From the NCBI GenBank assembly GCA_964304625.1, contig OZ199839.1, positions 8,278,560-8,342,559 on the forward strand: 64,000 bases of DNA, written 5' to 3'. Under the pieces are notes generated by a model. That model made no database searches and had not been told where the DNA came from. It was given only the letters and a program-made list of their open reading frames with translations. Numbering within the stretch: position 1 is the first letter of the stretch; each line of letters begins with the position of its first letter. Made by a program: the position numbers and the translations under genes. The DNA comes from Kudoa neothunni (Eukaryota; Animalia; Cnidaria). Below are positions 14,201-27,699 of this stretch, one piece after another.

Positions 14201-16411
14201 AAATGAGAGAGGCAATTTAGAACAGAGTAATTTTTTGTGCTCTATAGTCATATTTACGAAATTTGTCATCTCTGTGACAATTACCTTCACTTATAAAATC
14301 ACTAATATTGGCGACGTTTTCAATAGTGTTTCAGCCCCATACCTTCACTAGTTTTGAAAAACTTTGTTATTTCATATTTCTCTTTGAATGTCCTAACTCA
14401 ATTTTCATTGCTATCATCCATTTCGCCATTAATCGAAAACAAAAACCTCAACGCACCTGAAAGGTTACGAACCACACCGTCACTACAAAATAATCCATAA
14501 AAAACATAATTAATTAAAAATATATTAGTTGTATTATTGACGGATCAATATAAGTTTTAAATAGCTTGAGAAATAAATAAATTATTAATATCTCATATTT
14601 TTCTCAAATTACGAACTACACGTCACCCACTGTATATAAACTTTTGAAATCCTCGAGAAACAATGACATGAGTTTGTATAAAGGTTATCTTTATAACAAA
14701 TATATTTTTATCGATATTAAAATAACACCTTACATTACTTTTTTTAAAAACAACAAAATTGAATATTTAATTTTACATGTTTAATCCTGGTCAAATATTC
14801 ATCAGAAAACTTCAAAAAATTAGAGTATATAGTCAATATAAAAGTTGTGCTGAATTTTTATATTTGTTAATAAGCACATTTGCTCCCGTATCAATAGGCT
14901 TCGTTGAAGACGAGTACGAAAAAGCATTTAAAGAAAGGAAACGAACTAAAGAATATTAATTTATCTTCATTTTTTCAATATTTTGAAAGAACTACCTAGA
15001 AGGAACCTATTAATCAACTGAATCTTGCAATGCTGATTTTAGAGTCATGGTCAATATTACGTTCACATAAAACCATTTTGGGGATTAGAATCAACATTCC
15101 TGACGCAAACAAAACTTATGTCTCCTGGGTTAACAACTTCATCTGGAAAATTAAAAGTAAATTTTGTGCGCCTGTCTGTTGGGGAATTTTCGCCGTAGGG
15201 TTTATTACTCATTACTCATTAAAAATCCAAAAATCGATTGTACCATCCATAATAACTCTTGTTTTATATTATATTAAATATTATTGAAGTGATCGCTAAG
15301 ATGTTTCAATATATTGATAAGTGAGGTTCTCTACTGCGTGTTATTATTTTATTAAAAATTATTAACCCAAACCATAACAGGTTTCTCATTCATGAGATCA
15401 CATCATTAAAATGGAAACTATATTGATAAATTATGTGTATGTAATCTAACGTGTTCTCGACCACGTATACGAATTGCGTTTTTAATGATTCCAATTTGAT
15501 TAAGCCTTTTAATTAGCTTAATCTGGGAATACATTAAACTTTATTGATATTTTGGAGATCTCTCATCATTAAATAATATGTATAGTTTCTTCAAAATATT
15601 ATAAATTTCCTGCTTTTTATTTGCGGCAATAGATACGCTATTCATTAGGAAGCTCCAACTCAAATGTTCATTGCGCGTGCTCGTATTTACTAACTAAGCC
15701 TTGCCATTTTCATTTTTCGTATAAATATTTAAGATCAAATTTTTTAAATCTATTTCACATTATTTTTTCAAAATTCAATTTTATCACTATGATTTAAATA
15801 CAACGGAGTTCAGTTGATATCTCGACTACCCGAATATTATTTTGATGGCCCTAAGTCTTTCTATTAAATTAATGCGATTTTCGAATAATCACATGCACTT
15901 TTAATTAGATCTCATATGTGGGGATTAGATAATTTTATTTTCGGTTAATTACTAATAAACACTTTAATATTCCCCTATTCTGTCAAATACACAACCTTAA
16001 TATTTTATCGCGTTGATTAAAAATGTAATGAATATTAAACCAATTAGTTGGTTGACGTCGATTAATGATTGAAACCAATTTTTCACTATAAACAAATTAA
16101 GATTTTCTTAATTTAAAAGCTCTTAAAACTTATTCGAGATGAGAGGTTAATTGCCAGGTGAGGGCGGATTGAGCTGGAAAAATTTAAACCTCGTTTCTAC
16201 TCTTCTGGTTGGTTTGTTGACGTTGGGTTGATCAATATATATTTTTTCTTGGCAAATATTTTCATTTTTGTACAACATTATCAAGGTAATTATATTTGTT
16301 TGCGTGACAAAAAACTGATGATAAAATGATAATTACTATCGGCTAAGCTTAATGCATGACTTAGTGAAATTAAGAATTTGGTGCTTATTAAATCAACTAG
16401 ATAACGAAGTT

Positions 16412-18678
16412 ATGGAAAGAAAAGGTAGTCGCCTTGGTAGGAAATCAAGTGAAAGAAATGCCATATTTGGATTTCGCTCCAGCAAGATAGGTAGTGATTT
16501 TATGGTGAATAACATTGTTGAAAATGAGAATGAACTAATGCAACTTATGGTGGAGGATTTGTGCCAATGGATGACTCAAATAGTTGGTCAAGGTATGGAG
16601 ATCACTCCTAATAGTTTTTTCCCTCAACTGGAAGATGGTGTGATTTTGTGTCGTTTGGCAAATTCCATTCAAGAATACGCAATCAAAGCAGCTAGTGACA
16701 GCAAAAGCGGACTACTAGGGAAAAAGATTAAGTTCAAGTCAAGTAACCTTTGCAAACGAGATAAGAGTAAATTCCATGCCCGAGAAAATGTGAGCAAATT
16801 TCTTGAATGGTGCCGATCCCACAAGTAAATCGAATAGGGATGTGTGTATTTGAAGTTGAACTATTTTGTTTGTTTAGCATTCCAAGCCCAATGCTTTTCG
16901 AATCTAATGATATCGTGGTAGGAGGCACAGATGGTGGACGAGAGGTTATTATCTGTTTGATGAATCTTGCCAAAAAGTTCTCTATCGATTATTATGTACC
17001 TGCGCCTGAGATGGTGAAAGTTGAAGTGGAAAATGAGATAAAGACCAAAAAAACGTATATGCACTAACATTATCAAATAACTTTTCTTCAGAAAGATCTG
17101 AGTTTGCCGAATACAATATTAGCTATCACACACTTCGAAACGAACGGGAAACCCACGAAGAATCATTGAATTTGGCTGATAATTCTGCCGCTAGTTGTGA
17201 TGGACCTAATTTTGAGTCTCGAGGCTCATATCATTTTGGACACTTTTCGGATAAAACTAGCGGAACTGAGCTTTCAGAGAAAAATCTTAAATCACTCAAT
17301 AACCTTATTAGTGATAACCCATTCGGTGATGGTGTGCAATCACCAAATGTGAATGTCACAAGAACCCCGGCCAACGATATCCAATCTTTCACTGAAAGTG
17401 AACCTCAACTAACACCTAATAAAGACAAATATGATCTCCAAAAGGTGAATGATGAACGACTAAACCAATCTGAAGATCTTATCAACTTACTGAAAAGTCC
17501 TCAAAATCCCTGGTCGATACCGACGAGGAGAGTCGCGATAAGAACCCATTTGTAATCCAATGTGTAAGCGATGACATTATAGACACGGTTGCCAGGTGAG
17601 CTAATTTAAGGGGTACTCATTTTAAATTTAATCGTTTCTGACTAGATACAGTGATGTTGACTAATGATAAAAAGGGGGAAACTTTAGTTGAAAGTAGTTG
17701 ATATTATGTAGATAGATTGACTGTAACTTTCGTAAGTGGAAGGAGTTTTACTTGAGGAAGATAATTTATTTTCAGCCCCCACACCATCACGACATGTCTT
17801 TTACTCCGCTGGTAACATTATTTATTAATGATTAGTTTGATTTGTCCATTTTTATATTAGAGAAGGAGGGAACTGTTTCGAATTCTCCAAATACTTCAAA
17901 TAATGTGTTTATTGATAAACCTGCTGAACGTACAAAAACTCCAGCTTCAACCGACCTAAGTGATGATGAGTTCAAGACTGAAAAAAATTATTTGACCAAA
18001 GAGATGGCCGATATCATTCTTTCCGGCGTGACTGATTCTCACTCTATTACGAACGAGTCAAAAAAGGAGGACATTGCACACAGTAAAATACCCTTCGCTC
18101 CATCGTCTGAAAGTTGTAAATCTGTGTGTGAATATCATATTTGTGGAGTGAATTGGTATAAAAAATCAATTTAAATTATTCTTTTAGAATTGTGCAAAAT
18201 CTTTCGGCCAAGATATTTCACATGGAGATTCCGCCTATTTGAGCGAGACTGAGTTTTTAGGGAATGAAAAAATCCAATCCTGTCCTCCTTCGTCTGTGGA
18301 AGATGATTTGAACAATCTGAAAAAGGTATCAAATTTTATTGAGCCCTACTTGCTTGTTTGTCCAACCACTAAAATCTTCTAGTTCTGCCATATCATACGA
18401 CAATCTGGCGTCGGACAAGAAATACCCGTGCTAAAGTTTGTGTGTATTCAACTTGGGGAAAAATACATATTTATGAAGGTTGAATTTAAGATATATTTTG
18501 TTTGATAATATTAAGATGAGTATATTTGATTATTATATATTTTCATTTCTAGAAAATCAAAGGTCACATATTTGTTCGTTATAATCGCCAATGGCTTCCG
18601 TTGGATGCCTTAATTAGGGATATCACTAGCCCTAATTCGAGTGGTAATCCCACTCAGCCAACTTCATCTCGTCAATAA
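16412..18678 (+). CDS. GAS2-family protein: CH domain, acidic/Ser-rich linker, degenerate GAR domain; multi-exon
   Basis: CH domain FFPQLEDGVILCRLAN...ARENVSKFLEWCR|..IPSPMLFESNDIV. 3' exons read EKYIFMK|KIKGHIFVRYNRQWLPLDALI, stop TAA at 18676-18678. Apparent frameshift near 17480-17510. Confidence 0.75.
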
Positions 18679-19320
18679 TCATGTCATGACTTATTCTCAA
18701 TTTCCAATTGACGAGGAATATACTTAAACTAATCCCATTACTTATTCATTGACTGAAACTACTCAAAAACTATTTTGATGCCTTAAAATTGTGTTTATAT
18801 TTGTTGGGCCGCAATATCTAGCTCTAGCAGGAATAAATAATTTGCGTGGTTACGGTTTCTGTATTCGTTCAACCAAATACACTTATAGAGGGTTTTAGCA
18901 ATTACCCTAGGTTATTTGCAAATTATGTCGATGTAAATATTATTAAACTTATTAGATGCTTCCATGGGGTTTAATCTAAGTAGGTGAATACTTAGTGATC
19001 GTTTTGTTGATTCTACTATTCACATATTGGTTATACCGAACTGTGAATTAAGTTTATTTCGGTTAGAATATTGTTAAACAAAACAACCAAAAGCTGTGTC
19101 AACAATTGAAGATAATAACAACTCCTTAAAAAGCTAGTTATTTATCATATTCACCTAATTAATGTATGAGATCCAAATTCTATTGACCTATACATAGGTG
19201 TTTAGGCTGGGTAATAGGATTAAATTTTATTTCTTCCGCAATTGAGAATTAGTTATCAATAATAACTGGTCGAATCACGATATTATCATACTGGCGAAAT
19301 ATTAATCTACCTGAGCAAAC

Positions 19321-22035
19321 ATGAAAAAACTATTTCCATCGCTCTACGACACAGAAAAAGTGAACAAAATCCAACAACCTTCCATCCAATTTCGAAAAGC
19401 CGAGTCTCATACCAATTTCACTAATGTTGAAGTGGATATTGTCAACACTGATAATAAAATTTTGCAAATAATGATGGAAGACGAAACACTATGGATCAAT
19501 TCGTTGGTCGAAACGAGTGGACTGAACGTGGGGAATTTTTTCGAAGTATTGAGAGATGGGGTTTTATTATGCCAATTGGGAAATGTGATCGAAGGAATCA
19601 TCGTTGAAAAATCTAATTCTACCTCATCTAAAAGGGACTTGTTGGGCCACTTTAGGCACAGTAATGTTCCACAAAATTTTATCCAATTTAGCAAACCGGC
19701 TAAAACCTCAAACGAGTTCAACAAATTTCTCTACCGAGATAATGTTCATAAATTTTTACAATGGTGTCAATCACATCAGTAATTTTATCATCATGGATGA
19801 AGAAATGTTGATTGATCTTAACATTTTCAAGGGTACCACAATCTGTTCTGTTCGAATCAAACGATTGTGTGGAAATAGATGGTGACGGTAGACGCACAGT
19901 GGTTACAGGTATCATGAACCTAGCCCGCTTTTTCTACTACAAATACAAAATAACACCTCCAGCTATGATTCAGGCCGAAGAAGACATTGGTATAAACAAC
20001 GAAACATTAGGTACATTTTGGTGTACTTTTGATCAAAGTTGTATTTGAACTTGTTAGGAGAATCCAACGTTGAAACCAACAATCAAGTACAATGAATTAA
20101 TGATGAGGTTTATAGATGTATATTCATGTAGGAAACAAAATCCAAAGTCACTCCTCAATTTTCCGAAGTGTGTTAATAAGTTCTTGGCTATTTATAATTA
20201 TTTTTGTAATAGGTTCAAAATATTATGGAAAACTATGATATTGGTAATCACGAAGTTGTGATTACCGACGGAAAAATATCGGTGAACGATAAATATTTCC
20301 TAATAAGAGTAATTTCATCTCTGTGCTATCAGTCATCCATCTCAGCCTTTAAATAATCATTTTTTATAATATTTAAGATTGAATAAAAGATATTTTAAAA
20401 TACAAATTTAAATATACTAACAAAAAGAGGCTTATATACCTTCTATGTTGATGATTTCATATTGAAATAAATATGCCATTAAAAAGTGCAATAAATTTAT
20501 CTAGATATTTTAATATATTTCAAGAGATAAACGAAGCGGGTTTAAGTGTGCTATTGACAAAGAAACAAATTTGTTTAAAGTCGATACCAATAATTATCAG
20601 CTTATAGTTTTATCAATATATCTCATTCACTAAAAATGTATATATTTATATAATTTAACTGTATTTTGATGACAATTAAAGTTATTAAAGCATAAAAATT
20701 TGTAATTAAAATTCCATTAATAATATAATCCTTCGTAAAATCTAGGTAACGCAAGTTAAATATAATTTTGCTTAAAAATCAAAGAATTATTTTTATGTGG
20801 ATTTCATAAAGGGATCACTAGTGGATTAATATTTTGTTAGAAAAAAATTTGATATTTTTATTTTCATATATATTTGATTTTTTTATCTGTGGAAAAAATA
20901 ATTTATTTAAATGTTTATACACGCAAAATGTAAAATTTATCGATTTATTACAATTTTATTTGATCTTAAATAATATTATATTACAAAGATTTGAATAATA
21001 ATGCATACTCTTACACAACTTGTCAATGTGTATCGATATGATATGAGACGGAGGAACCAATGATTTAATTAATGAACTTTATTGATGTATTGAATGTATT
21101 AGAAAATAAATGAACATTTATTGGTGAGAGTTGGTGGTGGCTGGGAGCCGATTGAAAACTTTTTGATAAAGAAATTCAAAAGAAAAAGTATATAGATAAT
21201 TGTATGGGATGAGTTGATTTTTAAAAGTAGTTCATTCATTGACCGATGATGTATTTTGTAACCCTTCGGATGTGCAGATCGGTAGAGCAATTTATAAATG
21301 TAGTAGCTATGAATATTATTTAGAGGAGGTGAATCTTCCAAGCCTTACAGTGTTAAACTCTACCAAATTCGGTACTGAAAACGACGATGATTGCTGTATA
21401 AGACTAAAGTTGAAACTATACGAACATCACGTTTTTTAGATAGTGACTTCAAGAAACTACTGATTTCAAAAACCGCCAGTAGCCTGATCTATAGAACTGA
21501 TATGAAAAATGATCATGTTGAACTGTTAGATATAGTTTGTAATCAGAGTGTAAAAACATTAATTTAGGGTTAAGAAAGACCCTTTGGTTTTACGAAGTTC
21601 CGGGTTTATTGAGTAATTTTTCCCATTTATATTAAAATTTTGTTTATTCAATTTTAAATGTTTAAGAATCGATGACAATTATTGCCACAAATCGAATGAC
21701 AAGAATCAAAATCTTAAAGGTCAGCAATTTTTTAAGTAAAAAACCAATAATGTTTTAGTGCCTACGCGCGATAAAGTCACACAGCCCACGTCTGCGTATA
21801 TTTATTTTGAGTGAAAATTTAGTTAATAGAAAATTTTAGCACTCCTCGAAACAACATATTAAGGTAACTAAAGATTACTATTTTTAAATAACAATCCTTT
21901 AGCTTGGAAGTGTTGAATCGATATCTTGAACGATTCGAGAACATCATTAACACAACCAACACTCAGAACTCGTCTTTATCTATGTATAGAACCTTTCAAA
22001 AATACACCTCTTGTAAAAATAAGTACGTGAATTGA
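19321..22035 (+). CDS. GAS2-family protein (CH domain + canonical GAR domain); multi-exon
   Basis: CH domain FFEVLRDGVLLCQL...YRDNVHKFLQWC|VPQSVLFESND, with the same intron position as the upstream paralog. GAR is split by an ~0.8-kb intron: KYFLIR|KINEHLLVRVGGGWEPIENFL (exon from ~21103). Last exon ...KNKYVN* at 22033-22035; the 3' exons are less certain. Confidence 0.8.
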
Positions 22036-22595
22036 ACAAAAATTCCTTTAACAAATGGTTATAAGAATCACATTAAACACAACTCTAGTTTCAACAAAAC
22101 ATAATTCGACCATTGAAACCACTAAAAACGACATGTATTTATCTAATATTATAAGATAATTAGAGCTTGATTCGTGATGTTGAGATTATACTTTTTATGT
22201 ATTATCGAATATTACATTAAATTAACATTACTTTAATTAGAAATATAAAATCAAAAATTCTCAGAAAAGCCAACAGTATAGGATCTAAAACGTTAATCAA
22301 TCGGTTTAGATTATACTTTTTTTATACATTATATTAGGAAATCGCCTTTGAATCAATTTGCCAAAAGGCAATGTTCCATCGGTTATGCTGAATTTATTGT
22401 GAGTATTCACGTGAAAAATAACATAAGCCAACCGTAATTTAATTATTTTCTTGGTGGAATAGTTCAAATGAGGGTGTGAATAGATCAATTGTTTTATACA
22501 ACAATTTGATAAACGATAAAAAATTGCCGATAAATAAACTTTCAAACGAGTATTCAGAATATATTTCTCTTAAATAGAACTAAGCTAAAAAATTT

Positions 22596-24183
22596 ACGGT
22601 AATGGTATAATGTATGTGACGCCAGAAAAACACCATCTGGCGTCTTTTTTTTCTCGGTTTTTCTTTTAAGATTTTCAATAATAAATAAAAAGAATACTAA
22701 CTGAGAATATTGAGCCGAAATAAATTGCTTCTAAATTTTGTCCTAATTTCTATTCGACTACAATCGGTTACACGTGTACACCACATCCTTTTGAAATAAA
22801 CACTGAAAAATAGCTGATTATTTGCATATTCTGTCCTAATTAGTATATTATAATCATTATTTTAATTTTCTACGTATTCACATACCAAATTTAGCATAGT
22901 AAACCTGCTAAATAAGCTAGTCTATTATTAAGAAATAATGTGTCATCTACCTTTATTTCTAAACACCAAATCAACTTTTAAACCATTTTGTAACATAAAC
23001 AATTGTTGATTTTAGTTTATAAATTTTTATTAGTACATTATTATTAACGAAGTAATTTTTATACATCAATTACTTGCGAAATTGAAACTAACAATAATTA
23101 TATTAATCGTACAATGATATTTTTGATTATAAAATCAAAAATAATCATTAATTAAAAATAATTCAATGCGTATTTATTTATCTGAAGATATTGAATTGGA
23201 AAACTTTTACAAATTATAAATCGTACGTTTATCTATTTATTTTAAATTTCGACACAAAGTACACAATTAATTAGCTTGACAAATTATACTTCATTTATTG
23301 TGATAAAAATATTTGTTTTAATAAAATAATGTTTAATTATTGTTATAATATATAATTAAGCTTTGTAATGAAATCATTTTTAATTTAAATCTGTATGTTT
23401 CGCCTAAATCATTCTTTGCAAAAACTACCAAGCTGTTAACGCGCAGCTGAAGTGTTAAGCAATGTATTTGGAAGTATAATCAGTTTTATGGAGATTTACT
23501 CGTTCAAAATTTCTTACGAATTTTAATATTGAATTTTCTAAACGAGTATATATTTTATTATTGTTAATTTGTTTGTTGAATTAAAGGAGACCACACTAGA
23601 GAAAAAAGTACGGTTTCAAGGGGAAACACTAGTTTTACATCTCAACTACCTCAAGTAGTTATCCCGTAAAAGATAAGTAATTCTTACAGCTGTAAGCGAA
23701 GGAATAATCAATGCGATTTCTCTTTTTTAAAGTGAAGGTTTCAAAATTCCAACAATTAAAATCACATCTTTTTGTAGCAGTTATAAGGTAACCCTTTTTT
23801 ACTAATTTGTAAAATAATCTATCATGATCATTAATTAAACAGAAAAAGTCATTGTCCCCTCTAAACTTAAATGGTCCATTATCACGATTTTCACGTGGTA
23901 AATAGAACCAGAAAATTAATATCGTTTTTATTAAAAATAATGTAAAATAGAAATTTGTGAAATTTGCAACATAAGTAAATTATCAGATATTTTTCGGTGT
24001 TTATTGCAAAACTATGTGGGTTATACGTGAATCCGACTATAGTCGAATAGGAATTGGGGGAAAATTTCGAAGCAATTTATTTGCACTAAATATTCTTTTT
24101 ATTTATTATTGATAATCGTAAAAGAAAAAACGAGAAAAAACGGACGAAAGATGGTGTTTTTCTGGAGTCACATACTTTACCGT
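22596..24183. mobile_element. Non-autonomous foldback/MITE-like element with ~230-bp imperfect terminal inverted repeats
   Basis: 22596-~22830 (ACGGTAA..GTATGTGACGCCAGAAAAACACCATCT...TATTCGACTA) is the reverse complement of ~23965-24183 (TAGTCGAATA...AGATGGTGTTTTTCTGGAGTCACATAC..TACCGT). Interior is non-coding and AT-rich. Confidence 0.8.
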
Positions 24184-26701
24184 TACGAAATGTACATGTA
24201 CATATAAAATATAACTCAATATTATAGTGACCCCAATGCAAATATTCAAAATAATCAACTCCAAATTAGGAGTAACAAAAAGTGATTAAAATTAAGCATG
24301 TTGCCATTTTTACGCCTTTATAAAGTACTGTAAAGTCAACTTCAATAACTGGTTCCAATAAGGCGGAAAGGAATATTAAAAAGTAGACTCTCTTGTACGA
24401 TCGAAGAGTTTATTGAGTGCATGTTTAGATTGCTTCATAGACCAACTAAAATCAATATCCGTGTTAATAAGAATAAACCAAATTCAATGTAATTATCTCA
24501 GTTTAATTAAACAAAAATATTGATTTGTGAAATAAAAATACGTTTAGAGTATTTCAACACTATTACAAAAGTAACAAGCCCCATTCAATACCAAGCCCCT
24601 CACTTTTGCGATTCTTGGAGATTTGGAGAAATAGTATCCAAAGATTGTATTCATATTAATAAATATACTCTTTCATTAAATTGTATGAGTAGAAAGACAA
24701 CATCAAACAAACAGATTTTACCTGTACGAAAATGGAGTAGTGGTAGAAATTCCGTTCAATCTGTTGTGTAAGTCAATAAAATATTTTTCTATTCAAAATT
24801 GCTTTTAATAAAAAATTTATTAAAAATTAAATTCTTTTTCATCTATGCCTGTTTAGGCTAATTTAACCTAAAATAAAAAGTGTCGATCATTATTGATGTG
24901 AACTTAATTTAGGCACAAAAGAAATGTGTCTAACCAGTTGTCATGGAGTCCAATTTGAGCGATTTATGTTACAGAAACCACTATCTCTCTAACTAGTCGC
25001 ATCCTTTGACAATGTTTTATGACTAATTCCTGTTAAATGTTGTGTGTATTCGTTTTTATACAGTTCAAACGAGCGTTGACTCCAAATACAATAGGCAATC
25101 GATTTCCGTACTTTTACTTTTTCTTCTCTTATACATAATTATTAGAGTCAGAACTATTTTAGTAACTTCAGACAGTTTATTTTATGTAATTTATACGAAG
25201 TTTTTTCATAAAAAATAGGGATTATAGATTTTACATAGTTTTTCGGCCCTACTCTAATTTTCACAATTCTATGCATTAATTAATTACATCCGCAATATTA
25301 TTGTGAATCATTTTGACAAAAAGAATAGTTAAATATTTTTCCATTATTTAAAAAGTTGAGAATGAAAGTTGATAAATATTTTAAATTTCGAGATTCTGAT
25401 CCCGTACATATTTCTGGTTCGAGAACTCCGAAAATAAGAATATCGGATTAATTCCCTCATATAAAATAAGTTTGAATCCATTCAAAAGAAACATTCTGGA
25501 TGAGGAATTAAATAATAATTTGTATGCTATAGTTTGTAATTGATTAAAGGCATTAGAGTCAAGAAATCTGATTTATTATAGAAGATTAAATGTGTGAAAA
25601 AATTAGAAAAGGAGTTCAATTAACAAAATTATTACATTTAAGAGATTTTATGGTTCTAGGTTGTGTCTTAATTTAAAACTGATCAATTTTCATGGGTGAC
25701 CATTTATACATTTAATGCTGTCATCATAACTGATAAAACCAATTTAGTGATATTGCTGAAAGATATTCTACAGACCTTTTTTAAAAATTTATATTAAACT
25801 ATAGTATTTAATCAACAAAACAATGTTTAATTATTGTAATATGTACACATTTTCTAAAGTAAACTTTGATTTACGTCTAGAATTCAATTCATACCTAGAT
25901 AGAGATCGAAAATTATTTTTGAGCTAATTTTATACGTCCATTTCTAGGAGATGTTCGGTTCGTCCTTTGATTTGTCATCGCAAGAATTAACGATTTTTTA
26001 TGACAATAAAAATTTACCCATTAAATTTGAGTAAAATAAGAAAGCGAGAATGATGATGAAATATCTAAATAATATCTAATTTTTAAAAATAGTAATTTCA
26101 AAAGTATTGTTAACAATTTATAAGGATGTTACTGTCGCCCAACTCTTAATTATGAAAATAAATTATATAACATCATTAAAAAAATTCAGCAAGTTAACTA
26201 CCATCGCTCAATAAACGAATAATTTATTTTTCAAAGCCCAACTAAATAGTATTTCGTTTAAAACCCTCACTATTGCATATGATAATGATCTAAATACATA
26301 GCCACCCGATTTTCTTCAAGTTGTGTAAAAAATATTTCTTAAAATTAATAATTGTGAAGTTTATTATGTTACTTCAATACAAAATATTTTAAATTGTCTG
26401 CAAACACATAAAAAATGTACGTAAAATCAATCGGTCGGTGATGCATTTTCAGTAACTTTCCTCTGGTCCTAAGGGGATTACGGAAGATCGATTACCCACT
26501 GTACTACAATTAGATCGGCCGGTATAAACATGATTATTTATAATCAAATATTATGTTAGTCTAAATTTACTTAATTATAAAAGCCTCAAAATTATCAATG
26601 AAATTGTAGTTTTTTTTATATATTCATAATAGAGTTTATGGAGTATCCACGTAAATAATGCAGAGCCTAAACTTGAAGTGCACGGTGTCCATAGTTTAAG
26701 T

Positions 26702-26941
26702 TGATGTTTCCCAACCGAGGTCGGTAAATTAATTTCTGGGGTTCCGTGAGAAGGCTTTTATTCTTAGAAAATTAACCTTTGAAAAATTATTGGTTATAAT
26801 AATATTAGGTTTCAATAAAACGTTCTGACACAAAAATATCATGAATTTAAATATATGTCGTTAATATACTTGTTTATGGGTCTCTATTTATTTACTTTGG
26901 CTAATCAAGGGTCTGTAAAACTAAATAAATCGGGAAACACT
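26702..26941. mobile_element. hAT/Charlie-type MITE remnant
   Basis: Left end TGTTTCCCAACC and right end GGGAAACACT resemble CAGTGTTTCCCAA-type hAT TIRs; internal GGGGTTCCGTGA subterminal motif. Confidence 0.5.
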
Positions 26942-27699
26942 ATTAAATGAGAAACAGGAAAGATTGCATGATAATTAAATTTAACGGATTTTAAAATATT
27001 AAATTTTTATATATCCTTTGAGTGAAAGTAACTAGGATTAAAATTTACTGTTTGAATAACCTCCACCATCGTGAATTTGAGTTTTCGGTGTAAAAAACCG
27101 CCCAAATTTTTTTTATTTAATTCGGACCTTTTGATTTATTTAGTAATAATAAAATTCATATTATTGTTGTATTAAAACATTTTCTCTCAGCATTAGGAAC
27201 ACTCCATGTGAGCTTTACTTCAGAGATGATCATATAATAAATGTGAAATTGATGTGCCTAAAAAGCTTTAAGTGCGATTTTTATGCTTTATTCACATAAA
27301 TAACAATTTTTGTAACATATATATGTTAAACCTTTATGTAAATTAATGAGTTAACATAAAAATATTTAATTTCCATAATATAATATATTATAATATAATT
27401 TAAATCCAAATTTCAAAATTTAATTAGCTATTTAAAATACATTTTTGTTTATAAATGGATTCCATATTAAAAAAAATCGCTCAATTTTTATCATGATGGA
27501 AATTCACGTGGGCCTCAAATGGATTAAAAAAACAAACTAAGAATACCGACAATATGCCAATATTTTCTCCTACAAATATGAGTTCTATTAAAATATAACA
27601 GAAAATTTTAATTTGTACATTCATTCAGGTCCCCAAATAATCAAAATCCTTGCACATTCCTCCTTTTGGGTTCCAATGGATCCACGTTTTTTCTACCAA

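Noticed and set aside
12400-15300. Short ORFs and ORF-like stretches between the viral fossil and the second GAS2 gene
   Set aside because: No recognisable motifs; probably decayed TE or non-coding DNA, so no call can be supported.
20310-20360. Truncated end of the third GAS2 gene (PLNNHFL*)
   Set aside because: A canonical VRVGGGW exon at ~21103 continues the frame after a longer intron.
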